DNA of 64,000 nucleotides from Setoptus koraiensis (lineage: Eukaryota; Animalia; Arthropoda), in contig CM106586.1 of assembly GCA_048013815.1 (NCBI GenBank), positions 2,108,001 to 2,172,000 on the forward strand, given 5' to 3'. This document shows, piece by piece, positions 12,833 to 21,994 of the stretch. Each line of letters starts with the position of its first letter. Position 1 is the stretch's first letter. The notes beneath the pieces were generated by a model. It was not told where the DNA came from. It saw nothing but the letters and a program-made list of their open reading frames with translations, and searched no databases. Made by a program: the position numbers and the translations under genes.

Positions 12833-15655
12833 ATGAGTCGAACAAACTTCAAACAGCAATTAATGAAGGAGCAGCTCATGCAGCAGGAAAGGCGCGAGCA
12901 ACAGGTCAAGGGACCTTCACCAACGCATCATCACCACCAACACCAACACGAATTTCATTCTAACCCGATCACATTATCATTGGATCAACATGATTTAGCC
13001 CAAGAACAGCGCCAGACAATCTTTGGTGATGATGTAAATCAGCAACAAAGTTACAATAACACCGAGGCTAATTACAATCACACTGACCTAAGCGCTAATC
13101 AACAACAACAGACAAACACAACAAATACCTTATTGAATGGAAACTTGTTTGATTATGACCATCCAGACAACATTAGTAGGAGTAATGTTAACCCAATACA
13201 AATTTGTTTCAAGAAAAAGCTCGAGAATCCAACTAACTATCATTTATCTAGATCCTCTTCAAGTTGCTTCTCAAACTCAAAAGACGATGTGAATATCAAT
13301 AATGATAACGGAAATCAAATGAGCAGTTCATTTAGCAAACAAAATGAACGAACTGCATTTGCTCAATCAGCTCCAATAGCATCCAACTTTCCAATAATGG
13401 AATATGATGGCCAATATCAATTAAAACAAGCCCAAATTACAACCAGGATACTATCCAACAGTATAGATAAGAATATCATGGCCGAAAGTTTCATCAATAA
13501 TAGTAATGAAGATCAATCTATTCCTATGGAACATCATCATAGTGACAATAGATTGCAAAATCAAGGTGTCAACCCATTGAACCATTTACAGCATCATCAA
13601 CACCTTCATCAGCATCAAAACCAACATCACAATCTCCAGCACCAATTGCTACAGCAACAGCATCAGCAACAACCGCAACAGCAACAATCACAAAATCAAT
13701 ATCAGCAACATCTACAGCACCAACATCAGCATCAACACCAGAACCAGAACCAAAATCAGCACCAACAACAGCAACAGCAACATTTACATCAACATCACCA
13801 CCATCAACAGCAACAACAGCAACAACAACATCAACAACATTCACATCATAATTTGCATCAACAACAAACCGCTTCGCTTCATCATCAATTTCTGAATCAA
13901 TCATCTAATACATCCATAAGGCACTCTTCTTCTGTGGGTAATAATCATACCCGTTCAGCTGATTTGAATCAGATTGCTCACATCAACAACAATCAACTAA
14001 TTTCTGGAAAAATCAACTCAAGCATTGTTTCAAACGACCAACAATCGCCTTATCCACTGAGTCCAGATGCCACCAGTTCAGTATCAGACGATCTGTCGAA
14101 TGTCAATGAAGAGGAGATTTGGGATGATTTCAAGACCACACAAGCACCAGATATGCCCTTATGTTCAATATCTGAGATGCCTCTATTGCAATCATCAGTA
14201 TCATTAGATCAAATTAGTCCATCTATAGGTGGCGCAACTATTCGAACATCCCAATCATCCACATCACTAATTAGTCCTGATCTCAATCAAGTTGATCATG
14301 TTAGACAAACAAAAATAATGGATCATGTCAATGACTATCATCATCACTATGACCAAGCTAATAGTGGCATTCAAAACCGCCTAGTATCACAATCAATGAG
14401 AGATAGCCCACATAATAAGAGTATTCATCACAATGGACACATAACTGCTACACAGAATCATCATCACCTGAGTCATCATCTCTCAATGGCAGGAGTCAAA
14501 CAAGCCTCAGCATCCTGTCCTAACGAAATGGAATTTAAAAATTTGTCTAAAGAAAGACTCAAGAAAGATAATCACAATCAGATAGAAAGGAGAAGACGTT
14601 ATAATATTAATGATAGAATCAAGGAGTTGGGTTCCTTATTACCTACATGTAATGACGATGCTAGATTTCACGGTCTAGTACGTAACGATATGAAGCAGCA
14701 CAAAGGAACTATTCTCAAGGCATCTGTCGACTTGCTCAAATTCTTGAAAAAAGAAGTCAATAGAATACCCGAATTAGAGAGGCGCCAAAGAGAATTAGAG
14801 AGTGTCAATCAGCAGATGATGATGAAAATACATCAGATGGAGGTGACAACTAAGAACAGTGCCGGTAGCAGTTATGATTGCAATCAACTACAAGATGGCT
14901 CAAACATTCTTAGAGGAAATGGTCAATTAAATAAGGAATATTCTGTCGGTGACAATCAACAAAAAAATAAAGCCGAAGACGCAGATGATGTTAACAATAG
15001 ATCTAGACCAATGGATAGTTGTGCACAAACAGGAAACAATCATAAAGAAATTCTCTCTGATCAGTGTAGTCTAGATACTGAATTGTACATGTCAGAAAAT
15101 GATAATGCCAACAGACAACAAAATGCCAACGATAACGGTACTATCACTTGGAGGCCGATGATCGCTGCAAATAATCAACAACCTCCCTCCGATGATTTAT
15201 ACATTTCTTCGCCTCTTCCTGACTCTACAGATATACTCTCTTTTAGAAACAATAATATTGATCCGTCGTGCAACAATATCAGAGAAGTTCATATCAACAC
15301 CAACCCTAAGGATAACACTGCGTACTGTTTGCCACCAAACGAAGGCATATACTCTTTGATATCACCGATCAAGAACGAGTATAGTCCTTCACCATCTTAT
15401 TCGGGAACTGGTTCGTCAACCAATTCCCCACCGATATCATTACTGCACCCACAACTTGGAGGCTTTAGGACTAAAGATGTACTAAATGGTAATGTGAGGT
15501 CGGCTCAAATGCAAGATGATAAAGTTAATCATCTGACAAATGAATTCTGCAACACGGAAAGACGATTGCGTGAGGGACATTACATAAGTGATAACAATAT
15601 CAAGGTCAAAAAGTCCGAGTACTGTAGTCAAGCTCCGATGGACATACATGAATGA
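12833..15655 (+). CDS. Mitf: MiT/TFE-family bHLH-leucine-zipper transcription factor (Mitf/TFEB ortholog), single coding exon, 940 aa
   Basis: N-terminal [23 protein letters not shown] and LENPTNYHL match the MITF/TFEB N-terminal domain. QSAP and SASCP resemble the TFEB S142/S211 phospho-regulatory regions. b[31 protein letters not shown]...[10 protein letters not shown] is followed by a zipper. Confidence 0.93.
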   Translation: MSRTNFKQQLMKEQLMQQERREQQVKGPSPTHHHHQHQHEFHSNPITLSLDQHDLAQEQRQTIFGDDVNQQQSYNNTEANYNHTDLSANQQQQTNTTNTLLNGNLFDYDHPDNISRSNVNPIQICFKKKLENPTNYHLSRSSSSCFSNSKDDVNINNDNGNQMSSSFSKQNERTAFAQSAPIASNFPIMEYDGQYQLKQAQITTRILSNSIDKNIMAESFINNSNEDQSIPMEHHHSDNRLQNQGVNPLNHLQHHQHLHQHQNQHHNLQHQLLQQQHQQQPQQQQSQNQYQQHLQHQHQHQHQNQNQNQHQQQQQQHLHQHHHHQQQQQQQQHQQHSHHNLHQQQTASLHHQFLNQSSNTSIRHSSSVGNNHTRSADLNQIAHINNNQLISGKINSSIVSNDQQSPYPLSPDATSSVSDDLSNVNEEEIWDDFKTTQAPDMPLCSISEMPLLQSSVSLDQISPSIGGATIRTSQSSTSLISPDLNQVDHVRQTKIMDHVNDYHHHYDQANSGIQNRLVSQSMRDSPHNKSIHHNGHITATQNHHHLSHHLSMAGVKQASASCPNEMEFKNLSKERLKKDNHNQIERRRRYNINDRIKELGSLLPTCNDDARFHGLVRNDMKQHKGTILKASVDLLKFLKKEVNRIPELERRQRELESVNQQMMMKIHQMEVTTKNSAGSSYDCNQLQDGSNILRGNGQLNKEYSVGDNQQKNKAEDADDVNNRSRPMDSCAQTGNNHKEILSDQCSLDTELYMSENDNANRQQNANDNGTITWRPMIAANNQQPPSDDLYISSPLPDSTDILSFRNNNIDPSCNNIREVHINTNPKDNTAYCLPPNEGIYSLISPIKNEYSPSPSYSGTGSSTNSPPISLLHPQLGGFRTKDVLNGNVRSAQMQDDKVNHLTNEFCNTERRLREGHYISDNNIKVKKSEYCSQAPMDIHE

Positions 15656-15945
15656 TTGATCTTCTAGCCCATTTGCTTTCATCGCAAACGAAGTGTGTAA
15701 CTTATTTTCTACTACTCATCCTTACGTCGCTGTGCTAAATAAAAATAAAGAATAAACTAAAAACCTTTTTAAACAATTTATACATAAAGAATAGAAAAAG
15801 TGTGTTAGGGTGGAATCACTAAAAATGTTTTGCTCCATTTTCTGACAGGAATAGTGATAAGATACTATTTGTTTTGGGGCCGAAGAGAAAGGTTCAATTT
15901 ATGTGCAATATGTTGATTTATGTAATAGTAGGATCAAAACTTTCA

Positions 15946-17963
15946 TCAAACCTTGGCTTCCTGAGATCTTTGTTGCTGTGATTTGAAAAGTTTGAGAATA
16001 CGTTTGACTCTATTCACTCCACTACTCGTCAATATTATCTATTTTATTAAACGGAGAGAGAAAAAATATTTTAAGATAAGTGTTAGAATTGTACGGACAA
16101 TCTGAGCGATTGTTAGATGTAAGGTAACTTACAGTTAGGTGGGCGAAATTATGTAATTTTTGTAGGACATCAATCAGTGGACCAAACGATTCTTCAGTTA
16201 AATAGGAAGAAAATCTCGTTATGTGATCATCGTTTTCTTGTATAATACAACCAAATAACAGCGCTAAACATGCAGCTATAATGCTGTGTTCCATGTGTTT
16301 ACCAGATTTTGCAATGACTGTAGAGGATAAGAAGCAGAATTTGAAAGGTATTTAGAGACAGCTAAAATCTCTTGCGCCTCATTGAAATTTAAAAATACAT
16401 ATGTTTACATTTACAAATAACATATGTTTACCTTGATTTATGACCGAATCTTGCATAGCCTCTGGTAATCTGTCAAGTTGATGTGAGTCGAGTATCTCAT
16501 CTGCCTGATGTTCTGTTTGTTGAGCATCTTTTATACGATTGTAGAAAATCTTAATAAGTTCATGGATCTTCTCATCATTGAGTAAACGTTCTCTGGTCTT
16601 CGTACTAAACTCTGCCATATTAATAAGTAAACACAATGTTATCATCATAATGTCGGATTTTTGTTCTTGCTTCAGAAAGCTTTGAAGTTCTATGACAAAG
16701 TAGAGCAACAGGTCGATTAGTTGCTTGCACTGCCGCGTATGGTCGGCTACTTTTGCACAAGCATCTGGTGAGGTATTGTAGAATGTTTTTTTTTTGTTAT
16801 AAGTATCTGCTTCAAATATAGTCATAAGAAATATAAGGTATTATATTTGGAGTTATTAGGAATCGGTACTTACTATTTTCCGAAGTTAGATTATTAAGGA
16901 CTCTCAATGCTGACGCAAGGGCTAATGTATATGTTGTCAAGGTGGAATCATCAATTGAGACTGTTATCATAAATTTACAAGTAGATAAAAGTTCAATGAA
17001 GGCATCAATAAGAGCCCCCCTTCTGTAATTGATTATGTACTCTTGATTTATAGTATTTTGAAAAGTGACATTTTCGAGGACATGCATACAACGTTCAATT
17101 TCATTTAGTTGGCTTTCATCTCTTGCGGCATCCTCTATATCAAGAGTATTAATAACAGTATCTAGAATAAAATCTAAACCTTTTAGTCGTCTCAGTTCCT
17201 CTTTAACCCAATCACCGGCCCTTTTGGATGTCAATCCAAGAAGGGTTTCCATGGCTAATTTTCCGGCTGTTATTTCATCAAGTTTCAGAAATTTGGCATG
17301 ACCTTTCTGTTTCATTTGGTCGCACAATTCTCGAACTTGATCTCTATGTCTTTTTTCAATGAGACAATCACCTTGATCACTTCTAGTTTCTAATAATTTG
17401 AGCATAAGTTCTAGAGCTTGTGGGTCAATGTCAAATGTCATTCTATCTTGATTGTAAATGAACATTAATGTGGCACAACTGAGAGCTAGGCTCGCATCAT
17501 CTGGTGCATCTTTTAGAACACTGATAATACGTGGCATGTCATCATGAGCTCGCAAATGCATTCTGAACTCAGGTGACATCGCTTTCTTGGCCAATCCTAA
17601 TATACTGAGACACCTTTTTCCTGTTGAATTTTTGCCATCTAAGCTCTCCATGTAAAATTCTATATCATCGTCGAAATGTTGTAATTCGCCAGATTCATGA
17701 CATTGATGAGCTTTCCTAATTTTGACATCTGAAGGGGGAGTAAATGCGAAAGGTGACGAGGATATATTTGATTCAGATGTCAATGTCTGATGATTATGAT
17801 TTGTTGCAGTTGATTCTGATGTGTGGAGGTGGGACTGTGCTGGTGCATGCTCTGGGGTGTTGTGATAATAACTTATTGCATTAAATTTGACGGCTCTTTC
17901 GCTACGAGTTGTCGAAAACATCCTTTGTTTTTTTGCTTTGGGCAATTGTTCCGACATTTTCAT
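15946..17963 (-). CDS. wapl: WAPL cohesin release factor; exons 17963-16874, 16764-16432 (alternative acceptor 16806), 16317-16133, 16038-15946; about 566 aa
   Basis: WAPL-domain motifs AHQCHESGE...RCLSILGLA...FRMHLRAH, LCLLINMAEFS and GKHMEHSIIAACLALLFGC. GT-AG junctions with consistent phases (1,1,0) join the three track ORFs plus a last exon IILTSSGVNRVKRILKLF...V*. Confidence 0.9.
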
Positions 17964-18358
17964 CTAGATATAATAAAATATAAATACTGAGATTGTTCAA
18001 GTTGTGGTGTTGCTTCAATTGAGACAACCAAAATCAGATCAACTAAACTTAAAATGGTAATTGTAGCTGATGATAATTACAATATATAGCAGTATCGGTA
18101 ATGTAGTAATAATAATAAATAAAATCAAAAAAAAACACAAGACATGATGTGGACAGAAGTGAATATGTATGATATGATCTCTTTTCAAACTCTAAAACAT
18201 CGATGTAAAAAAGTCCGTAAGGGCGGCGCTATCATGCTTTCAAACAATTTAAGTTGGTGCCGATGCATCCCAAACGGTCCATGCACTCATTTGCTTCAAT
18301 GTACTCTGGGCAAGCAATCAGAATGAAGTAACATTAGACGAAACACTACAGGCTTCTA

Positions 18359-18582
18359 TGTAACGCCAGCGTTACCGCTGTTGAATATTCACATGTCCAT
18401 ATCCACGCACGGACATATCCATACTCTTATATTCACCAACCGCATATAAATAGTAGTGTTTGTATCTCAAACACTTCACTTGTGCTTCAACTCTCATACA
18501 ATAAACATCTAACAGCTAAAGTAAACCTCCCTCAGCGTCATATTAGTATATCTTGTACCGACTGAACGATTTGGTCGTTACA
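18359..18582 (+). repeat. 5' LTR
   Basis: TGTAACG...CGTTACA (7-bp terminal inverted repeat), internal TATAAATA and AATAAA; 223/224 identical to 21290-21513. Confidence 0.97.
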
Positions 18583-18585
18583 AAT

Positions 18586-18600
18586 TGGCGTCAACGGGTG
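18586..18600 (+). promoter_or_regulatory. Primer-binding-site-like sequence (TGGCGTCAACGG...)
   Basis: Starts with TGG (complement of tRNA CCA) 3 nt after the 5' LTR. I could not identify the cognate tRNA. Confidence 0.55.
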
Positions 18601-18740
18601 GATGACGCTCTAGGGAAATAAAAGTTTAGAATAATAGTTTAGGATAATAGTTATATCGAATACCGATAACTAGAAGTATCAAGTCCGGAGGTGAAACGCA
18701 CTCCGTGATCAAATATTAGGCACCCCAAACTTAAATTTAT

Positions 18741-18764
18741 TGGACTAGGAAATTTCCTAGTCCA
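18741..18764. repeat. Perfect 24-bp palindrome in the element leader
   Basis: TGGACTAGGAAATTTCCTAGTCCA equals its own reverse complement. Confidence 0.95.
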
Positions 18765-18765
18765 C

Positions 18766-18830
18766 AACAGACATCAAAGTCGAAATTAACAGACATCAAA
18801 GTCGAAAACAACAGACATCAAAGTCAAAAC
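18766..18830 (+). repeat. Three 22-bp tandem repeats in the element leader
   Basis: AACAGACATCAAAGTC(G/A)AAA.. units start at 18766, 18788 and 18810, just before the gag ATG at 18841. Confidence 0.9.
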
Positions 18831-18840
18831 ACAAGGCAAG

Positions 18841-21294
18841 ATGCCGATAAATACTAGAAATACTATAAGAGATGACCAACAGCAGGGTCAAGACCAAATG
18901 GAATCACCAAACCAAATAAACAACAATAACCAAGATGGTAATGTAAGCCTTTCAGGTAATGACGACGGGTTGGACCCAAGATTGTTATCGGTGATCAACA
19001 CCATGATTTCAGCTAACAACGCAGCTTTGACTGCAAACATAGCCCAAATTGTATCGCAGACAGTAAGCTCTACATTTGAGGCTCAGCAAAGAAGAACAAG
19101 CCAAGGATCAGTTTTAGGTGGACGCACTAACAATGTTAATGTTGAGAACAACATCCCACTACGAAACGATCAACCACCGGAATATTCGAACTTATTCCAA
19201 AGCAACAACAATGGCCCACGAGAAATTTCTCGTGAGCCATACATGCCACCAGGTTCATCAAGAGATGACGACCGATCGCACAGAGCATCTTCCGAGATTA
19301 GGAGAACAACCTATCAAGGAATGAACGATGAAGCTTTTCAAAGATCCCTTTATGAACCGTTCGCAAGACCACACTACAATGGGGCAGTACCCATACATCC
19401 CGTTGAACCTTCTAAATTCAATGGTGACCCCAGGAAAGCCCGAAATTGGCTCAGAGAATTCTCAGAGACATGTACAATCAATGGATACGACGACCTACAA
19501 AAGAAGTTAAGAATCGTAGCTTACTTAACGGATGAGGCAAAAGAATGGTATTACGAACTGAAAAGCCGCCGCCCAGACATAAGTTGGATCAATTTGCAGA
19601 GCGAATTCCTAAGTGACTTCTCCTCAAATAACACCTCAATTCAACTATTCAAGACCCTGAGCGAGGCCCGACAACGCCGAGATGAGAGACCCTTCACGTA
19701 TCTCTTAAGAGTGCTCGGATACTGTCGAGATTACAACGTCGACATGGCAGAACGAGAGAAGATAGAATGGTGTCTTCGTGGTTTAGACTGTAACATCACA
19801 AATACCATTACCTGCAACATTTCCAAGGAGCAGATGAACCTTGAATGGTTGCGAACACAATTGAAGAAGTGGTCAATCCAACCAGAAGAGGATACCGAAG
19901 CATCGGCTGGGAAATTTCCCAGCGATGAGCATGAACGGCAACGACCAACAGGTAGTAAACCGGAACAAAGTGGTGCTGTTACGAAGAGCCCCAAAACCCG
20001 GCAGAATGACTACAAAAGATTCTCGCTGTTATGCTATAACTGCAATGGCAAAGGCCATCTACTCAAAGACTGCACTCAGCCGAAAGACGACAATAGGATT
20101 GCATCTAACAAACGCAATTTCCTAGCCTCGCGAGAAGGGAGAGCAGTTTCATTCGTTGGTCACAATAGTATCGATAATTGTGTAAATGATCAACATGATT
20201 CATCAGATTGTTATGATGATAACAAGGCTGAGCACCAAACGAGCGCAAAAGTTAGGCGCCAAGTTACTGGCGTCACACGCACTGTAGCCTCTGCTGTCGG
20301 CAAATTTACCGACAGCATGCTGTGCGAGGAAATCAAGAAACCGATATATGAGACTATCGTGAACAACACGCGTGTAAGAGGACGTTTGGATTGCGGTGCT
20401 GATATGACGATATTTCCAGAGTCAGTAGCCAAACGATTGAATGTAACGATCGTCTCCAAACGTGTGAACTTCACCACGGCGTGCAAGAGTTCACTTAGAA
20501 CAATCGGTCTGGCGCCAGTTGTAATAGAGTGCAACAGGCAGACAAAGGCCTTATTAGTGGCTGTAGTCAATGATAAAGATCAGAGCGATGTACTGTGGGG
20601 ACTGGATCTGTTTGCTCTGTTCAACATAGGAGTAGCCTATGACGGGAACAGACCAGTCATCGTGCAAGGTAGACATGCGCCTAATCCTACAAACACTAGT
20701 CGTAGAAACCCAAACATAGGCATAGTAAAAGGCACCGAAGTTGAAAACATGAAACGACAGAATGTGTCGAAACAGAAACATGGCGAGCTCACTCCAAGCG
20801 GAAATTTCCGCCTGGAGAAGGTGCCTCTGAGCTCAACTCTGACCAACGTGGTTGATGACAGTAGTAATATTCATGCGACAGTATTACAGCAGAAACTACC
20901 GAGAACCAGGAACCGAGTGGGTAACGGAAGGAGAAGAAATCCAAACCGAAAACCTGGCATCCATTCGATCAGACTGAATGGTGGAAGAAATACACAGAAT
21001 ATCTCTACATTAGATAATAAGGAACCACCAGTCATATATACTATTGTGGACAAGAACAATCCAGAGAGATTGTCCAATAATGCTACCCATTGGAAACACA
21101 GAGGAACAAGGAGCATTGCCAACGGGAAATTTCCCGCTGACGGCCGCCAGATAACGGCCTCAACTAGGACTGACACGTTCGATTACCGGCAAGGTTATAA
21201 TCACCAACATTATTACCACAGCGTAAATTATATTCCGGCCTGGTACTATCAGAAAGAAGCGAGGACGCTTCATCTCATGGAGGGAGCCATGTAA
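18841..21294 (+). CDS. Gag-protease polyprotein with an orphan basic C-terminal extension (817 aa)
   Basis: Capsid-like FNGDPRKARNWLREF...LTDEAKEWY; zinc knuckle CYNCNGKGHLLKDC (20032-20073); protease LDCGAD (DCG 20389-20397) and VLWGLDLF. The stop codon TAA lies within the first bases of the 3' LTR. Confidence 0.92.
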   Translation: MPINTRNTIRDDQQQGQDQMESPNQINNNNQDGNVSLSGNDDGLDPRLLSVINTMISANNAALTANIAQIVSQTVSSTFEAQQRRTSQGSVLGGRTNNVNVENNIPLRNDQPPEYSNLFQSNNNGPREISREPYMPPGSSRDDDRSHRASSEIRRTTYQGMNDEAFQRSLYEPFARPHYNGAVPIHPVEPSKFNGDPRKARNWLREFSETCTINGYDDLQKKLRIVAYLTDEAKEWYYELKSRRPDISWINLQSEFLSDFSSNNTSIQLFKTLSEARQRRDERPFTYLLRVLGYCRDYNVDMAEREKIEWCLRGLDCNITNTITCNISKEQMNLEWLRTQLKKWSIQPEEDTEASAGKFPSDEHERQRPTGSKPEQSGAVTKSPKTRQNDYKRFSLLCYNCNGKGHLLKDCTQPKDDNRIASNKRNFLASREGRAVSFVGHNSIDNCVNDQHDSSDCYDDNKAEHQTSAKVRRQVTGVTRTVASAVGKFTDSMLCEEIKKPIYETIVNNTRVRGRLDCGADMTIFPESVAKRLNVTIVSKRVNFTTACKSSLRTIGLAPVVIECNRQTKALLVAVVNDKDQSDVLWGLDLFALFNIGVAYDGNRPVIVQGRHAPNPTNTSRRNPNIGIVKGTEVENMKRQNVSKQKHGELTPSGNFRLEKVPLSSTLTNVVDDSSNIHATVLQQKLPRTRNRVGNGRRRNPNRKPGIHSIRLNGGRNTQNISTLDNKEPPVIYTIVDKNNPERLSNNATHWKHRGTRSIANGKFPADGRQITASTRTDTFDYRQGYNHQHYYHSVNYIPAWYYQKEARTLHLMEGAM
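21279..21289 (+). promoter_or_regulatory. Polypurine-tract-like sequence (GGAGGGAGCCA)
   Basis: Purine run immediately 5' of the 3' LTR. Confidence 0.6.
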
Positions 21295-21513
21295 CGCCAG
21301 CGTTATCGCTGTTGAATATTCACATGTCCATATCCACGCACGGACATATCCATACTCTTATATTCACCAACCGCATATAAATAGTAGTGTTTGTATCTCA
21401 AACACTTCACTTGTGCTTCAACTCTCATACAATAAACATCTAACAGCTAAAGTAAACCTCCCTCAGCGTCATATTAGTATATCTTGTACCGACTGAACGA
21501 TTTGGTCGTTACA
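21290..21513 (+). repeat. 3' LTR
   Basis: Direct repeat of 18359-18582 with a single C/T difference (GTTACCGC vs GTTATCGC); followed by TSD TCTA. Confidence 0.97.
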
Positions 21514-21994
21514 TCTACACTGTTACTAGCGCAACTAGCGGATTTTTCTGGCATTCATTCTTCCAACTCGGAAAAGCGATCACACACTGTACAACTGATT
21601 GTGTGTATTTGCTCATAAGCATCTCTGACGGTACACCTTGTTCGTTTATGGCACATGACACGAGACACACACACTAACAAAAACGGTTTCTTGAACAGCA
21701 CAGCTATATCATTACAAGCACATAGAAACAAATATGCGCAAAACATCGAAGACCGTAAAGCAGACATTACAGGCTACCATAATATATTATACAAGAGTGA
21801 GCCGAGAATCGAATGGAACAGAAAAAATTCATGATTACGGCAGAGACAAAACGGCGCCAGATTTAACTAAAAGAAAGTTTTTGACGTCAAAGGAAAAGAA
21901 TTTCCAAGCAATTATAAGTTGATAATTTACATCGCGGTCTTATGAGACACGATCTTTCGTCTTAATCAAAATCGTTTGATCTAGTTTTGTTTAT

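Larger units (their letters stand above)
18359..21513 (+). mobile_element. Young non-autonomous Ty3/Gypsy-type LTR retrotransposon (Gag + protease only), 3155 bp, TSD TCTA
   Basis: Two 224-bp TG...CA direct repeats with 1 mismatch; 4-bp TSD TCTA at 18355-18358 and 21514-21517; PBS-like and PPT-like sites; one 817-aa ORF with Gag, CCHC knuckle and aspartic protease motif. No RT, RNase H or integrase motifs seen. Confidence 0.96.

Noticed and set aside
13569-13904. 111-aa Val/Asp/Ala-rich minus-strand ORF
   Set aside because: Antisense shadow of the Mitf Gln/His tract; the same applies to other short ORFs nested antisense in the large genes.
18253-21833. Plus-strand frame that stays open (one stop) for about 140 codons across the reconstructed empty site
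   Set aside because: No start context, no recognisable domain and an internal stop; several frames here are stop-poor, so chance is likely.
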